Positions 1 to 8,906 of a DNA stretch of 64,000 nucleotides are shown here, piece after piece (the stretch's first letter is position 1; each line of letters opens with the position of its first letter). Origin of the DNA: Persephonella sp. IF05-L8 (GTDB taxonomy: Bacteria; Aquificota; Aquificia; Aquificales; Hydrogenothermaceae); assembly GCF_000703045.1 (NCBI RefSeq), contig NZ_JNLJ01000005.1, forward strand, positions 37,023-101,022. The letters are read 5' to 3'. The position numbers and the translations under genes are program-made. The notes under the pieces were generated by a model. That model worked only from the letters and a program-made list of their open reading frames with translations, had not been told where the DNA came from and did no database searches.

Positions 1-1411
1 CTACTACATCTTTCATCTGGGCTATTTCTAAAGCTTCCCATATCTTGTATTCAGGAATATCTCTACCAAGGGTCAGGTTAAATCTAACAGTGTCATTGAA
101 CATCATAGGCATCTGCAAAACAAGAGATACGTTTTCACGGACAACATCAAGACCAATTTCCTCAACAGGAATATCTCCATATAAAACCTTTCCTTTATCT
201 ACAGGATAAAAACCTACTATTATATGAGCCAGAGTGGTTTTCCCACTTCCACTTGCACCTACTATGGCTATTTTCTGACCTTCTTCAGCCTTTAGATTGA
301 TATTTTTTAGAACATAGTTTTCCCCGTCATAAGAAAAATACACATCCTTTAACTTTACAGAAGTTGTTTCTCTATTTTTGAATGGATTTAGTATATGGGG
401 ATATTTAGGCTCTTTTCTCATCTCAAAAATCTGGTTTATTCTCTTTAGAGCAGCATCTCCAGAATGGAAGGCATACTGTATTCCAAGTAATTCCTGAACA
501 GGTGTCATCATTACCCACAGATACCCGAAAATTGCAAGCATCAAACCAATTGTAAGGTCTGAGTATGCAACAAAGAGAATACTTGTAGCCCTGAATATCT
601 CATATCCAGCAAGGAAAACAAGCATAGATAATCTTCCTGCTGCATCACTTTTCCAGCCAAACTCTATGGCAGTGTTTTTGACTTCCTGTGCAGTTTTTAA
701 AACTGCATTTATAAATGGCTCTTCTCTATTACTTGCCCTTATCTGCCAGAATAAATCAAGGGTTTCTGTGAGTTTTTCCTGAAATTTTTCTACAGCTTTA
801 TTTTCTATAGCTTTGAGCTTTCCTATTCTGCGACCAATAATTGTTGTGAAATAGATAACGACAGGATTTAGGAAAACTATAAGTAATCCTAACTTCCAGT
901 TAATCATAATAAGAACAACAGCAACACCAACAATTGTGAAAACAGATATAATTAATCTGCTAACCGTTTTTCCTATAAAATCATCAATGGTGTTAACGTC
1001 GGTTATAAGTTTAGAGGCAATAGCTCCACTTCCTACAGTTTCAAATTCAGCCATAGATAAATCTTTTATATGTTTAAGCAGGTCTTCCCTAATTTTGTAT
1101 GTAACGCTTTTGGATATTTTTGTGAAAATTTTTGCCTGCAGTGCGTTAAACACAAAAAACAGGGTTCTCATTATTAGAACAATAATTAGTGCAGCAAAGG
1201 TATATGTTACAGGATTGCCCTGTCCAAAGATTTTGTTGTATGTATGGACAAATATTCCTGGTTTGTTCAGTAGCACTTCATCCACAAGCAAAGGCAGGAA
1301 TAGAGGAGTTGGAACACTTACAGCAATTGCCAGAAGGGCAAAAATATGCCCTAAGATAAGTTCTCTCTTGTATTTTTTAATCTCAGAAAAAACTTTTTCC
1401 CATGTGTACAT
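1..1411 (-). CDS. ABC transporter ATP-binding/permease protein (MsbA-like exporter), C-terminus runs off window edge
   Basis: Reverse-complement translation starts MYTWEKVFSEIKKYKRELILGHIFALLAIAVSVPTPLFLPLLVDEV (TM domain); Walker A GASGSGKTTLA near 230-260; C-terminal ABC region ...LTLGRDIPEYKIWEALEIAQMKDVV at 1-75. The listed plus ORF 936..1502 is antisense noise. Confidence 0.8.
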   Translation of the reverse strand, partial: MYTWEKVFSEIKKYKRELILGHIFALLAIAVSVPTPLFLPLLVDEVLLNKPGIFVHTYNKIFGQGNPVTYTFAALIIVLIMRTLFFVFNALQAKIFTKISKSVTYKIREDLLKHIKDLSMAEFETVGSGAIASKLITDVNTIDDFIGKTVSRLIISVFTIVGVAVVLIMINWKLGLLIVFLNPVVIYFTTIIGRRIGKLKAIENKAVEKFQEKLTETLDLFWQIRASNREEPFINAVLKTAQEVKNTAIEFGWKSDAAGRLSMLVFLAGYEIFRATSILFVAYSDLTIGLMLAIFGYLWVMMTPVQELLGIQYAFHSGDAALKRINQIFEMRKEPKYPHILNPFKNRETTSVKLKDVYFSYDGENYVLKNINLKAEEGQKIAIVGASGSGKTTLAHIIVGFYPVDKGKVLYGDIPVEEIGLDVVRENVSLVLQMPMMFNDTVRFNLTLGRDIPEYKIWEALEIAQMKDVV

Positions 1412-1423
1412 TAAACCAGACCT

Positions 1424-2245
1424 TCAGAAATTTTTGATTAATACTTCTATCTTTGCTTTTTTTCTCCCTTCTGCATTTGAGTTTATAGCTCTACTTGCAT
1501 GAATTTCTATGATTTTATAATCTTTGTATAAGTGCCTTATAAAGTTTGTATTGGAATTAGAAAGCATTACATAACAACCTTTCTTGTCTAATCGTCTAAA
1601 AATTTGTGCTAACTCTTCCTGATCCTTTTGTGTAAAATCATATTTTGTATATTTGGTAAATGAGGAAGTCTTACTAATTGGATGATAAGGGGGGTCTAAA
1701 TAAATAAAGTCCCCTTTATCTGCCAGTTCACAAATTTCTTTATAATCAGTGTTGAAAATTTTTATATTAGCTGTGTTTAAATACTCAGATACAGCTTTTA
1801 TATTTCCCTCGTCTACGATTTTTGGATTTTTATATTTACCAAATGGAACATTAAATTGTCCTTTGGAATTTTCCCTGTATAGCCCATTAAAACAGGTTTT
1901 ATTTAAATAAATAAATCTACTTGCCCTTTCTACAGGAGATAATTTTGTTGGATCTAATGCCCTCACTTTATAGTAATATTCCTTATCGTTTTTGTGCAGC
2001 TTTAAACTTTCTATTAATTGATCTGGATAGTCTTTTATTACCTTGTAAGCATTAATTAATTCTGAGTTTATATCGTTTATGATTGCTCTTTCTGGTAATA
2101 ATTCAAATAATAAAGCTCCTCCACCTACAAATGGTTCTATATATGTATTAAATTCTGTGGGTGCTTCCCTTTTAAGAATATCTATTATCTGTCTTTTTCC
2201 ACCTGCCCATTTTACAAAAGGTTTAGGTTTTAATATTATTTGCAT
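1424..2245 (-). CDS. dam: DNA adenine (N6) methyltransferase, Dam/D12 class
   Basis: N-terminal KPFVKWAGGKRQII and FVGGGALLFEL (AdoMet binding); catalytic DPPY motif; 273 aa is typical of Dam. Confidence 0.85.
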   Translation of the reverse strand: MQIILKPKPFVKWAGGKRQIIDILKREAPTEFNTYIEPFVGGGALLFELLPERAIINDINSELINAYKVIKDYPDQLIESLKLHKNDKEYYYKVRALDPTKLSPVERASRFIYLNKTCFNGLYRENSKGQFNVPFGKYKNPKIVDEGNIKAVSEYLNTANIKIFNTDYKEICELADKGDFIYLDPPYHPISKTSSFTKYTKYDFTQKDQEELAQIFRRLDKKGCYVMLSNSNTNFIRHLYKDYKIIEIHASRAINSNAEGRKKAKIEVLIKNF

Positions 2246-2246
2246 C

Positions 2247-2813
2247 TTACCTTCCTGTGTGGGTTGCTATACTTACTATGTTAAATATATCTTTTCCTTT
2301 TCCAAGAGCTTCAAGTAATTTTTTAAACATGTATGCATCTTGCATATTTGTTTTTTCTTGAACCATTAAAAGTTCTGCAAGTAGGATTAAAAATTTTATT
2401 GAGTATTCACCTTTTTTTGATAGTTCTTTATATTCATTAAGCTCTTTTTTATGTTTCCCTAAAAGATAATTTATATTTGTTCTTTTTCGTCTTTCTTCTT
2501 CAGAAGTTATGGGTTCTATTTCATCCCATATCTTTAGCAAGAAATTCAGGAATTTTTTTGTTTTCTGGGGTTCCGTCTGCATTTTCATTAATATATCTAC
2601 TGCCCAGTGGATATGTTTTGGAGTTCTTATCCTTGACCAACCTTTTTCTGTTTTTTGTCTGTATTTTATCAGTATGTCAAAAGGAGATATACTGCCTTTG
2701 TATATTCCTATAATATACTCACCATTTATTTTAAATGCATGTATTAGTTCAAAATTTTTTAATTTCATACATTCGTTTAAATCTTGTTTATCACATTTGT
2801 GTTGTTTTCCCAT
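2247..2813 (-). CDS. hypothetical protein, 1-nt coupled upstream of dam; possible cognate restriction endonuclease or regulator (unproven)
   Basis: 188-aa ORF with K/E-rich composition and no motif I recognise. Its stop is 1 nt from the dam start; same strand as the AKR, dam and ABC genes. Confidence 0.5.
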   Translation of the reverse strand: MGKQHKCDKQDLNECMKLKNFELIHAFKINGEYIIGIYKGSISPFDILIKYRQKTEKGWSRIRTPKHIHWAVDILMKMQTEPQKTKKFLNFLLKIWDEIEPITSEEERRKRTNINYLLGKHKKELNEYKELSKKGEYSIKFLILLAELLMVQEKTNMQDAYMFKKLLEALGKGKDIFNIVSIATHTGR

Positions 2814-2827
2814 TCTGCTGTTCCTTT

Positions 2828-3829
2828 TTATAAATCTGCAAACATATCAAGAAACCACTGGGGATATGGTCTTTCAGGAGCAGTTATCTCATCAAGATAA
2901 GATATGTCTTCCTCTGATAAATCCCAGTTGATACAGCCAAGATTATCTTTTAACTGTTCAAGGCTTCTAACTCCTATAATTATTGAGCTTATAAATGGTT
3001 TTGCTTTTATCCAGTTTAGGGCCACCTGTGAAACGGTAGCATTGTATTTCTCTGCAAGTTTTCTGAGTTCATCAACAACAAAGTATCCTTTTTCAAAATC
3101 AAATCTTAAAAATGGTCTTTCCATTCTGGCATATCTACTGCCTTCGGGAATATTTTCACGGGTGTATTTTCCTGTAAGGAAACCACCAGCCAGTGGGCTC
3201 CATGCCAGTATTCCAAGCCCTAAATCTTCACAGGCAGGAACAACCTCAAACTCAATATCTCTACCCAGTAGCGAGTAATACATCTGGGCTGAAACAAATT
3301 TTGCATAGTTTTTAGCTTCCTGCAGTGATACTGACCTTGCTATCTGCCAGCCTGCAAAATCAGATATACCTATATATCTGACTTTTCCTACTCTAACAAG
3401 GTCATTTAAAGCATCTATTGTTTCTTCAATTGGTGTTGAACTATCCCACCAGTGAACCTGATATAAGTCTATGTAATCTCTGCCTAATCTTTTTAAGGAT
3501 GCATCTATGGATTTAAAAATATGATATCTGGAAAGTCCTCTGTCATTAGGGTCATCTGACATAACGCCTCTAACTTTTGTTGCAATAATCACATCATTTT
3601 TCCTGCTTCCAAGGGCTTTACCAAGCAGTTCTTCGCTTTCTCCAAATGCATATATATCAGCAGTATCGAAAAAGTTAACTCCATTGTCCAGAGCATAATC
3701 TACAACTTTTTGTATTTCTGAGAAAGACATAGTTCCTGCTGAACGCCAGCCTTTTTCTGTAAATGTCATAGCCCCAAGACAGATAACAGATACCTTTAGA
3801 CCTGTATTACCTAAATTTCGATATTCCAT
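2828..3829 (-). CDS. aldo/keto reductase family oxidoreductase
   Basis: MEYRNLGNTGLKVSVICLGAMTF N-terminus; 333 aa; AKR-type TIM-barrel signature blocks. Confidence 0.85.
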   Translation of the reverse strand: MEYRNLGNTGLKVSVICLGAMTFTEKGWRSAGTMSFSEIQKVVDYALDNGVNFFDTADIYAFGESEELLGKALGSRKNDVIIATKVRGVMSDDPNDRGLSRYHIFKSIDASLKRLGRDYIDLYQVHWWDSSTPIEETIDALNDLVRVGKVRYIGISDFAGWQIARSVSLQEAKNYAKFVSAQMYYSLLGRDIEFEVVPACEDLGLGILAWSPLAGGFLTGKYTRENIPEGSRYARMERPFLRFDFEKGYFVVDELRKLAEKYNATVSQVALNWIKAKPFISSIIIGVRSLEQLKDNLGCINWDLSEEDISYLDEITAPERPYPQWFLDMFADL

Positions 3830-3917
3830 AGAAAACCCTCATAAAATATTATTTGAAATTTTAGATTTATTATAACAAAGGGAAGAATGCCAAAAATCAA
3901 GAAAATAAATGATTATT

Positions 3918-4229
3918 TTAATCAGATGTAAACTTCCAATTGAAGTGGATTGTTATGTAAGGATCTATTTCTTCTAAGCATTGGTAGATAGAAAATGTGA
4001 TTTTATCTCTAATGTCCCATTCGTCAGGTAAGTCTGTGATAATTACTATATCAAGATCAGCATCTGTTTTGTTTTTTTCTTCAATATCTATTTTTACATG
4101 ACCTTTTAATTCAGTATTTTCATCTATACATTCCTGTGCTTTCTTTAAGATATCAAGTTTTGTTATCGTTTCTAAAATTTTCATTCTCCAACTCCGTTTT
4201 TTCCATAAATCTGAAAAACTTATCAACAA
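3918..4229 (-). CDS. hypothetical small protein overlapping 3' end of HEPN gene (candidate partner of a TA-like pair)
   Basis: 103-aa ORF (alternative start MKILETITKLD at 4182 reduces the overlap). Contains DADLDIVIITD but no canonical GS...D.D nucleotidyltransferase motif. Confidence 0.35.
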   Translation of the reverse strand: MLISFSDLWKKRSWRMKILETITKLDILKKAQECIDENTELKGHVKIDIEEKNKTDADLDIVIITDLPDEWDIRDKITFSIYQCLEEIDPYITIHFNWKFTSD

Positions 4230-4557
4230 CTTCTAAATAAATATTAAATTTTTCCTTAGGAATTTCAAGTAAATCGTAATCTGCAGTTTCTCTTAAGTTT
4301 GGAAAGTTTTTAATTAGTTCTCTATCTTTCCGTGAAAGGATATTTTTATTATAATTATCTACAATTATTATCACTTTTTTCATTAGATTGTAATGTTTTC
4401 ATTTTCCTTTTTCTGGTTTTCCTACTATATGAATGCATAATGAACGAAATGAGTAATAGTGTCTGGATATTGCGTCATTTATATACCCATTTTTAAACAG
4501 ACAAAGTGCAGCTTCATATTGAATTTTAGCCTTTTGTAAATAAGTCTTTTTGTCCAA
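4153..4557 (-). pseudogene. HEPN domain protein interrupted by one in-frame TGA (pseudogene or recoded)
   Basis: A TTG start with AGGAGA Shine-Dalgarno gives 52 aa: ...YLQKAKIQYEAALCLFKNGYINDAISRHYYSFRSLCIHIVGKPEKGK. TGA at 4399-4401, then the same frame continues KHYNLMKKVIIIVDNY... (the listed ORF 4153..4383). The junction KPEKGK-x-KHYNL matches the conserved HEPN loop (g..pktHdL). Combined length is about 134 aa, a typical HEPN size. Confidence 0.5.
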
Positions 4558-4571
4558 GCATTATCTCCTGA

Positions 4572-5723
4572 TTAAATATCTATAGCATCTGGATTTTCTT
4601 TAAGATATTTTTTAATCTCATCAATATTGTCAAATGTTCTGAGGAAATTTAAAGTTTCAGCAACAGCTTCAAAAAGCTCATCATCTCCTATAAGCCTTTT
4701 AAGTTCTTGATTAATTTTTTCAGTGGAAGTTTCAATTACAGAAAAACTTTCTTCTTCAGTTACTTCTCTTGTAAGATTAAAATGCAGATGTAAAATACTA
4801 CCTTCCTCTTCTGATATGCCTTCAGCTGAAAGATATTTGTATATATCCTTATAGGTAAGTTCCTTTAGAACTCCTTTAAAAACAATAACAGGCTTTTTGC
4901 TACCTTCTAACTTTTCTATATCTCCTTTAATCTGTTTTATTAGCTCTTCTATATTTTCTTCAGAAAATCTGTAATATAGAAATGGGCGTCTTCTGTTCAA
5001 CTTTATAAACTGAGGCTTTATCTCTTTTCCGTCAACCTCAACGTAATAAAAGCCTTTACCTGCTTCTTCTTCTTTTTCGTTGTAAGCTGTAAACTCTGTT
5101 GAACCAGGCTGAACAACAGTAGCACCGTTAATAACTGCAGGCATCTGGGGAATATGATAATGACCTATTCCTACGTAATCAAAGCCTTCAGGAATTTCAT
5201 TTTTCAAATATAGATTTGAAGAGGGAAAAAATGGTTGAAACTCCTGATGTAGCATTAGGATTTTAAAACCATTTCCTATGTTTTTTAGATACTTTTCAAA
5301 AATAGGTCTGAGACTTCCACCTATCTGTTTGAGACCTGCTTTTGAGATATATTTCAGTCCTGCAAAGAATATTCCATTATATTCAATAACTCCGTTATCT
5401 ATCAGTTTTAATCCTGAAGGTTCAAGAATTTTCAAAGGGGATACATCCCTTACCTGACTACCTCTATCATGATTACCGGATATAACAAAAATCGGGATAC
5501 CTGCATCTTTTAACTTTTGGAGAATATTAATTCCTTGAAGGATAACCTGATTAGAAGGGCGAGAGGAATGGAAAAAATCACCTGTATGAATTATAAAATC
5601 CACTTTTTTTTCTATTGCAAAATCTACAGCCTCATCAAAAACATCATAAAAATCCTCCGCCCTCTCCTGTAGGCCGTATTGATGATAACCCAGATGGGTA
5701 TCCGAAATATGAACAAATTTCAT
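4572..5723 (-). CDS. sbcD: SbcD/Mre11-family DNA repair exonuclease (metallophosphoesterase)
   Basis: MKFVHISDTHLGY ... IHTGDFFH ... ISGNHD calcineurin-like phosphoesterase motifs; 383 aa. Confidence 0.8.
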   Translation of the reverse strand: MKFVHISDTHLGYHQYGLQERAEDFYDVFDEAVDFAIEKKVDFIIHTGDFFHSSRPSNQVILQGINILQKLKDAGIPIFVISGNHDRGSQVRDVSPLKILEPSGLKLIDNGVIEYNGIFFAGLKYISKAGLKQIGGSLRPIFEKYLKNIGNGFKILMLHQEFQPFFPSSNLYLKNEIPEGFDYVGIGHYHIPQMPAVINGATVVQPGSTEFTAYNEKEEEAGKGFYYVEVDGKEIKPQFIKLNRRRPFLYYRFSEENIEELIKQIKGDIEKLEGSKKPVIVFKGVLKELTYKDIYKYLSAEGISEEEGSILHLHFNLTREVTEEESFSVIETSTEKINQELKRLIGDDELFEAVAETLNFLRTFDNIDEIKKYLKENPDAIDI

Positions 5724-5935
5724 TAAGTATTATCCTGTTTTTTTCCAAATAGTTTCTCAAATATTGCATCAGATGGACAAAATCCTGTAGCTGCCGACAG
5801 ATAAAGCATAAATATTATGAAGTAAACTATATACTTACCCCAATCATATCCAATAGCCATCAAAATCATTGCTATCAAAAGAAGTGTTCCCATTACTGCC
5901 CTTTGAGCTCTAACTGCTGACTTAGACATGTTCAA
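5723..5935 (-). CDS. DUF2892-family small inner membrane protein (YgaP-like)
   Basis: 70 aa; two TM segments; ends ...AATGFCPSDAIFEKLFG, the characteristic DUF2892 GxCP motif. Confidence 0.65.
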   Translation of the reverse strand: MNMSKSAVRAQRAVMGTLLLIAMILMAIGYDWGKYIVYFIIFMLYLSAATGFCPSDAIFEKLFGKKQDNT

Positions 5936-6009
5936 CCTCCGTTTCGTTTTTATAATTCTAAACTATAATATAATTTTATCAGTATTTTTGTGCCATAAGG
6001 AGAAACTGA

Positions 6010-6534
6010 ATGACGAACAACCTTTACAGAAACCAGAGAGTTGCCATATTTCTGGATATACAGAACCTCTATTACTCTGCAAGGGATGCATTTAACCGCA
6101 AAGTAAATTTTGAAAGTGTTTTACATAAAGTTTTAAATGATAGAGTTCTGATAAGAGCTATAGCATACCTTGTAAAGCTTCAAGGAGTTGACCAGAAGGG
6201 CTTTATTAATACCCTCAAGCATATAGGTTATCAGGTCAGAGTTAAGGAACCTAAAATTTTCAAAAGATTAGATGAGGAAGGAAATCTATGGACTACCGTC
6301 AAAGCCGACTGGGATATGGGTATTGCAATGGATGCCATATCACTGGCAGAAAAAATAGATGTGGCAGTGCTGGCAAGTGGAGATGGAGATTTTGCAGACC
6401 TTGTTAGATATCTACATACAAAAGGTGTAAAGGTGGAAATAGCAGCGTTCAAGCAGACAGCAGCCAAAGAACTTGTTGAGATAGCAGATGAGTTTATAGA
6501 CCTTACAATTTTTGGAGAGGATATCTTTCTTTGA
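6010..6534 (+). CDS. NYN domain (LabA-like) protein
   Basis: VAIFLDIQNLYYSARD ... VLASGDGDFADLV motifs typical of the NYN/LabA PIN-like nuclease fold. Confidence 0.75.
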   Translation: MTNNLYRNQRVAIFLDIQNLYYSARDAFNRKVNFESVLHKVLNDRVLIRAIAYLVKLQGVDQKGFINTLKHIGYQVRVKEPKIFKRLDEEGNLWTTVKADWDMGIAMDAISLAEKIDVAVLASGDGDFADLVRYLHTKGVKVEIAAFKQTAAKELVEIADEFIDLTIFGEDIFL

Positions 6535-6598
6535 AAATATTGAAAATAGCCGTTTTTTGCAAAAATTATAAATAAAAAACAATGGAGGAGTTTCATAA

Positions 6599-7243
6599 AT
6601 GGAAGAAAAAAAGGAAGAAGTTGAGGTAAAAATAGAGGACAGTCAAGAAAAATCTCAGCAGGAAGAACAAACTCAAGAAACACAACAAGAAGGAAAAGAG
6701 GAAAAACAACTCACCCTTGAAGAATGTATCCAGCAAAACAAAAAATTAGAAGAAGAACTTAACCAACTTAAAGCAAAACTCCAGAAAACAGAAGAAGCAG
6801 CCAAAAGACTGTCTGTTATGTATCAATCCCTCCAAAAAGAGTTTGAAGATTACAAAGTCAGAATGAGAAAAGAAAAAGAAGAGGCAAAAGAGGAGGGAGC
6901 CTTAAGGGTAGTAAAAGGATTTATGGAAATTGTGGATAATTTTGAAAAAGCCCTTGAAAGTGCAGCTAAGACCACAGATATAAATGCCCTTATGAAAGGT
7001 ATTCAGATGATACATTATCAGCTTTTTAGATTTCTGCAGGAACAGGGTATAGAAAAGATAGAAACATCTCAGGGATTTAATCCCATGGAACATGAAGCAA
7101 TTGAAACTATTGCCTCAAAAGAACACCAACCTAATGAAATCATAAAAGTCGTTCAGACAGGCTATAAATACAGAGGAAAAACCATAAGACCAGCAAAAGT
7201 TGTTGTTGCAATACCACCTGAAGAAAGGGAAGAAATCACATAG
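6599..7243 (+). CDS. grpE: nucleotide exchange factor GrpE
   Basis: Coiled-coil N-terminus; C-terminal MEHEAIETI...[21 protein letters not shown] GrpE signature; followed directly by dnaJ. Confidence 0.9.
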   Translation: MEEKKEEVEVKIEDSQEKSQQEEQTQETQQEGKEEKQLTLEECIQQNKKLEEELNQLKAKLQKTEEAAKRLSVMYQSLQKEFEDYKVRMRKEKEEAKEEGALRVVKGFMEIVDNFEKALESAAKTTDINALMKGIQMIHYQLFRFLQEQGIEKIETSQGFNPMEHEAIETIASKEHQPNEIIKVVQTGYKYRGKTIRPAKVVVAIPPEEREEIT

Positions 7244-8155
7244 ATGAACCTGTATCAGCTTTTAGGGGTGGCCAGAGATGCTACCCCGGAGGAAATAAAA
7301 AAGGCTTTCCGGGAAAAAGCCAGAAAATACCATCCAGACATCAATCCAGAATACTCTGAAATTTTTAAACAGATAACCCACGCTTATGATATTCTTTCTG
7401 ACCCGATAAAAAGGAAAAAATATGATGAAAGCCTATATAAACTTGAAAAGAAAGATTTTGGAAGCTTAATAGGGGAAGCCCTTGCCCAGTTTTTAGGTTT
7501 TCATTCGAAGCCTCAGCGGGGAGAGGATATAAAACTAAAAATCAAAATATCTGTAAAAGAAGGTTTCCACGGAACAAAAAAAACAGTTCGTTATAAAAGA
7601 AAAGTAAAATGTACAACCTGTAATGGTTCTGGAATAACTTCATCATCCAGGATAGAGAACTGTGAAAAATGTAATGGAAAAGGAAAAGTAAAAAAAGCAT
7701 TTTTAGAACTGCCATGTCTACAGTGTTTTGGAAGGGGGATAGTAATTAAAAATCCTTGTCCCTTGTGTAAAGGAGAAGGAAGAATTTCTAAATTTGAACA
7801 AAAAACAATTTATATACCTGCAGGAATAACAGACAAACAGACCTTGCTTGTGGAAAAAGGAGGTAATGAAGGCCTAAATAATGGAGAAACAGGAAACCTT
7901 TATCTGAAAGTAAGTTTTAGTAAAAAAGACAGATTTAAGCTAAAGGGATTAGATGTTTTTACAGAATTAAAAATAGACAAAAGAACTCTTTTAGACAGTC
8001 CATATATATATATTGAGGATTTAGAAGGAAATAAACTCAAAATTCCCCTTGAAATAGAGGAGGTAAAGCCTATCAAGTTCAGAATAAAGAATAAAGGATA
8101 CAGAAAATCAAATGGTAAAAGAGGAGATTTGGTCGTAAAAATTATTCCTGTTTAA
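7244..8155 (+). CDS. dnaJ: DnaJ-family co-chaperone (J domain plus CxxCxGxG zinc finger)
   Basis: YQLLGV...KKAFREKARKYHPDIN J domain with HPD; four CxxC(x)G motifs. Confidence 0.85.
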   Translation: MNLYQLLGVARDATPEEIKKAFREKARKYHPDINPEYSEIFKQITHAYDILSDPIKRKKYDESLYKLEKKDFGSLIGEALAQFLGFHSKPQRGEDIKLKIKISVKEGFHGTKKTVRYKRKVKCTTCNGSGITSSSRIENCEKCNGKGKVKKAFLELPCLQCFGRGIVIKNPCPLCKGEGRISKFEQKTIYIPAGITDKQTLLVEKGGNEGLNNGETGNLYLKVSFSKKDRFKLKGLDVFTELKIDKRTLLDSPYIYIEDLEGNKLKIPLEIEEVKPIKFRIKNKGYRKSNGKRGDLVVKIIPV

Positions 8156-8906
8156 AGTATTCCCTTAAAACAGCCTTTGTATATCTATAGCCTATATCTA
8201 TAGCATCCTTAATCTTCCATGTTGAAAAAAGACCTATCTGCCTCAGCTCAGGAGGTTGTAAAAATAGATTACAGTATTTCTTCCGTGCCTCAACATTTGC
8301 CCTAACTGCAAGAAAAAAACTTCTAAGTAAAATATTTATCGGATTGTTAAAACTTTTCTCTACTCCCAGAGGGTTGACCTCAGACCCAATAATAAAATTA
8401 GATTTTTTTAGAAGAGGTTCAACAGGCAGGTTGTCCATTATACCCCCGTCCACATACATATAATCTCCTATTTTTACAGGCTTAAAAATAAAAGGTAAAG
8501 CACTGGAAGCAGAAATAATCTCGTATATATTTCCTTTATCAAAATACTCCGGAATTCCCAGATTTAGATTGGTAGCGCATACATAGAGCTTTTTTTCAAG
8601 CTGAGATATATCAGAAACCTTAATGTATTGCTGAATTAATTTTTCTAACCCTTCCAGAGAAAATAAGGCTGTTAAATTCATGGCAGGTTTCAGATAGCTA
8701 AGGATATTGGTATCCAGAATTATTTCTTCTAATTCTACAGGAGAATATCCTGCAGCATAGAAACATCCAATTATTGAGCCAGCACTTGAGCCAGAGATGA
8801 CTGAAGGAAATATTCCATATTCCTCCAGAGCCTTTAAAACACCTATATGGGAAGCCCCTCTAACAGCTCCCCCAGATAAAGCGATACCATAAATTTTATC
8901 CATCAT
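8142..8906 (-). CDS. patatin-like phospholipase
   Basis: GGAVRGASHIGVLKALEE (oxyanion GGxR), GSSAGS (GxSxG nucleophile), DGG (catalytic Asp); start overlaps pilC stop by 1 nt. Confidence 0.8.
   Translation of the reverse strand: MMDKIYGIALSGGAVRGASHIGVLKALEEYGIFPSVISGSSAGSIIGCFYAAGYSPVELEEIILDTNILSYLKPAMNLTALFSLEGLEKLIQQYIKVSDISQLEKKLYVCATNLNLGIPEYFDKGNIYEIISASSALPFIFKPVKIGDYMYVDGGIMDNLPVEPLLKKSNFIIGSEVNPLGVEKSFNNPINILLRSFFLAVRANVEARKKYCNLFLQPPELRQIGLFSTWKIKDAIDIGYRYTKAVLREYFKQE

Noticed and set aside
936-1502. 188-aa plus-strand ORF
   Set aside because: It is antisense to the well-supported ABC transporter gene and has low-complexity S/I/L-rich composition.
5947-5959. 13-mer ATAATTCTAAACT shared by the intergenic regions at 5947 and 12455
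   Set aside because: In an AT-rich 64-kb window, dozens of 13-mer coincidences are expected by chance. There is no supporting dyad or spacing to a start codon.
6535-6598. CIRCE/HrcA operator expected upstream of grpE-dnaJ
   Set aside because: No TTAGCACTC-N9-GAGTGCTAA-like inverted repeat is present in the leader.
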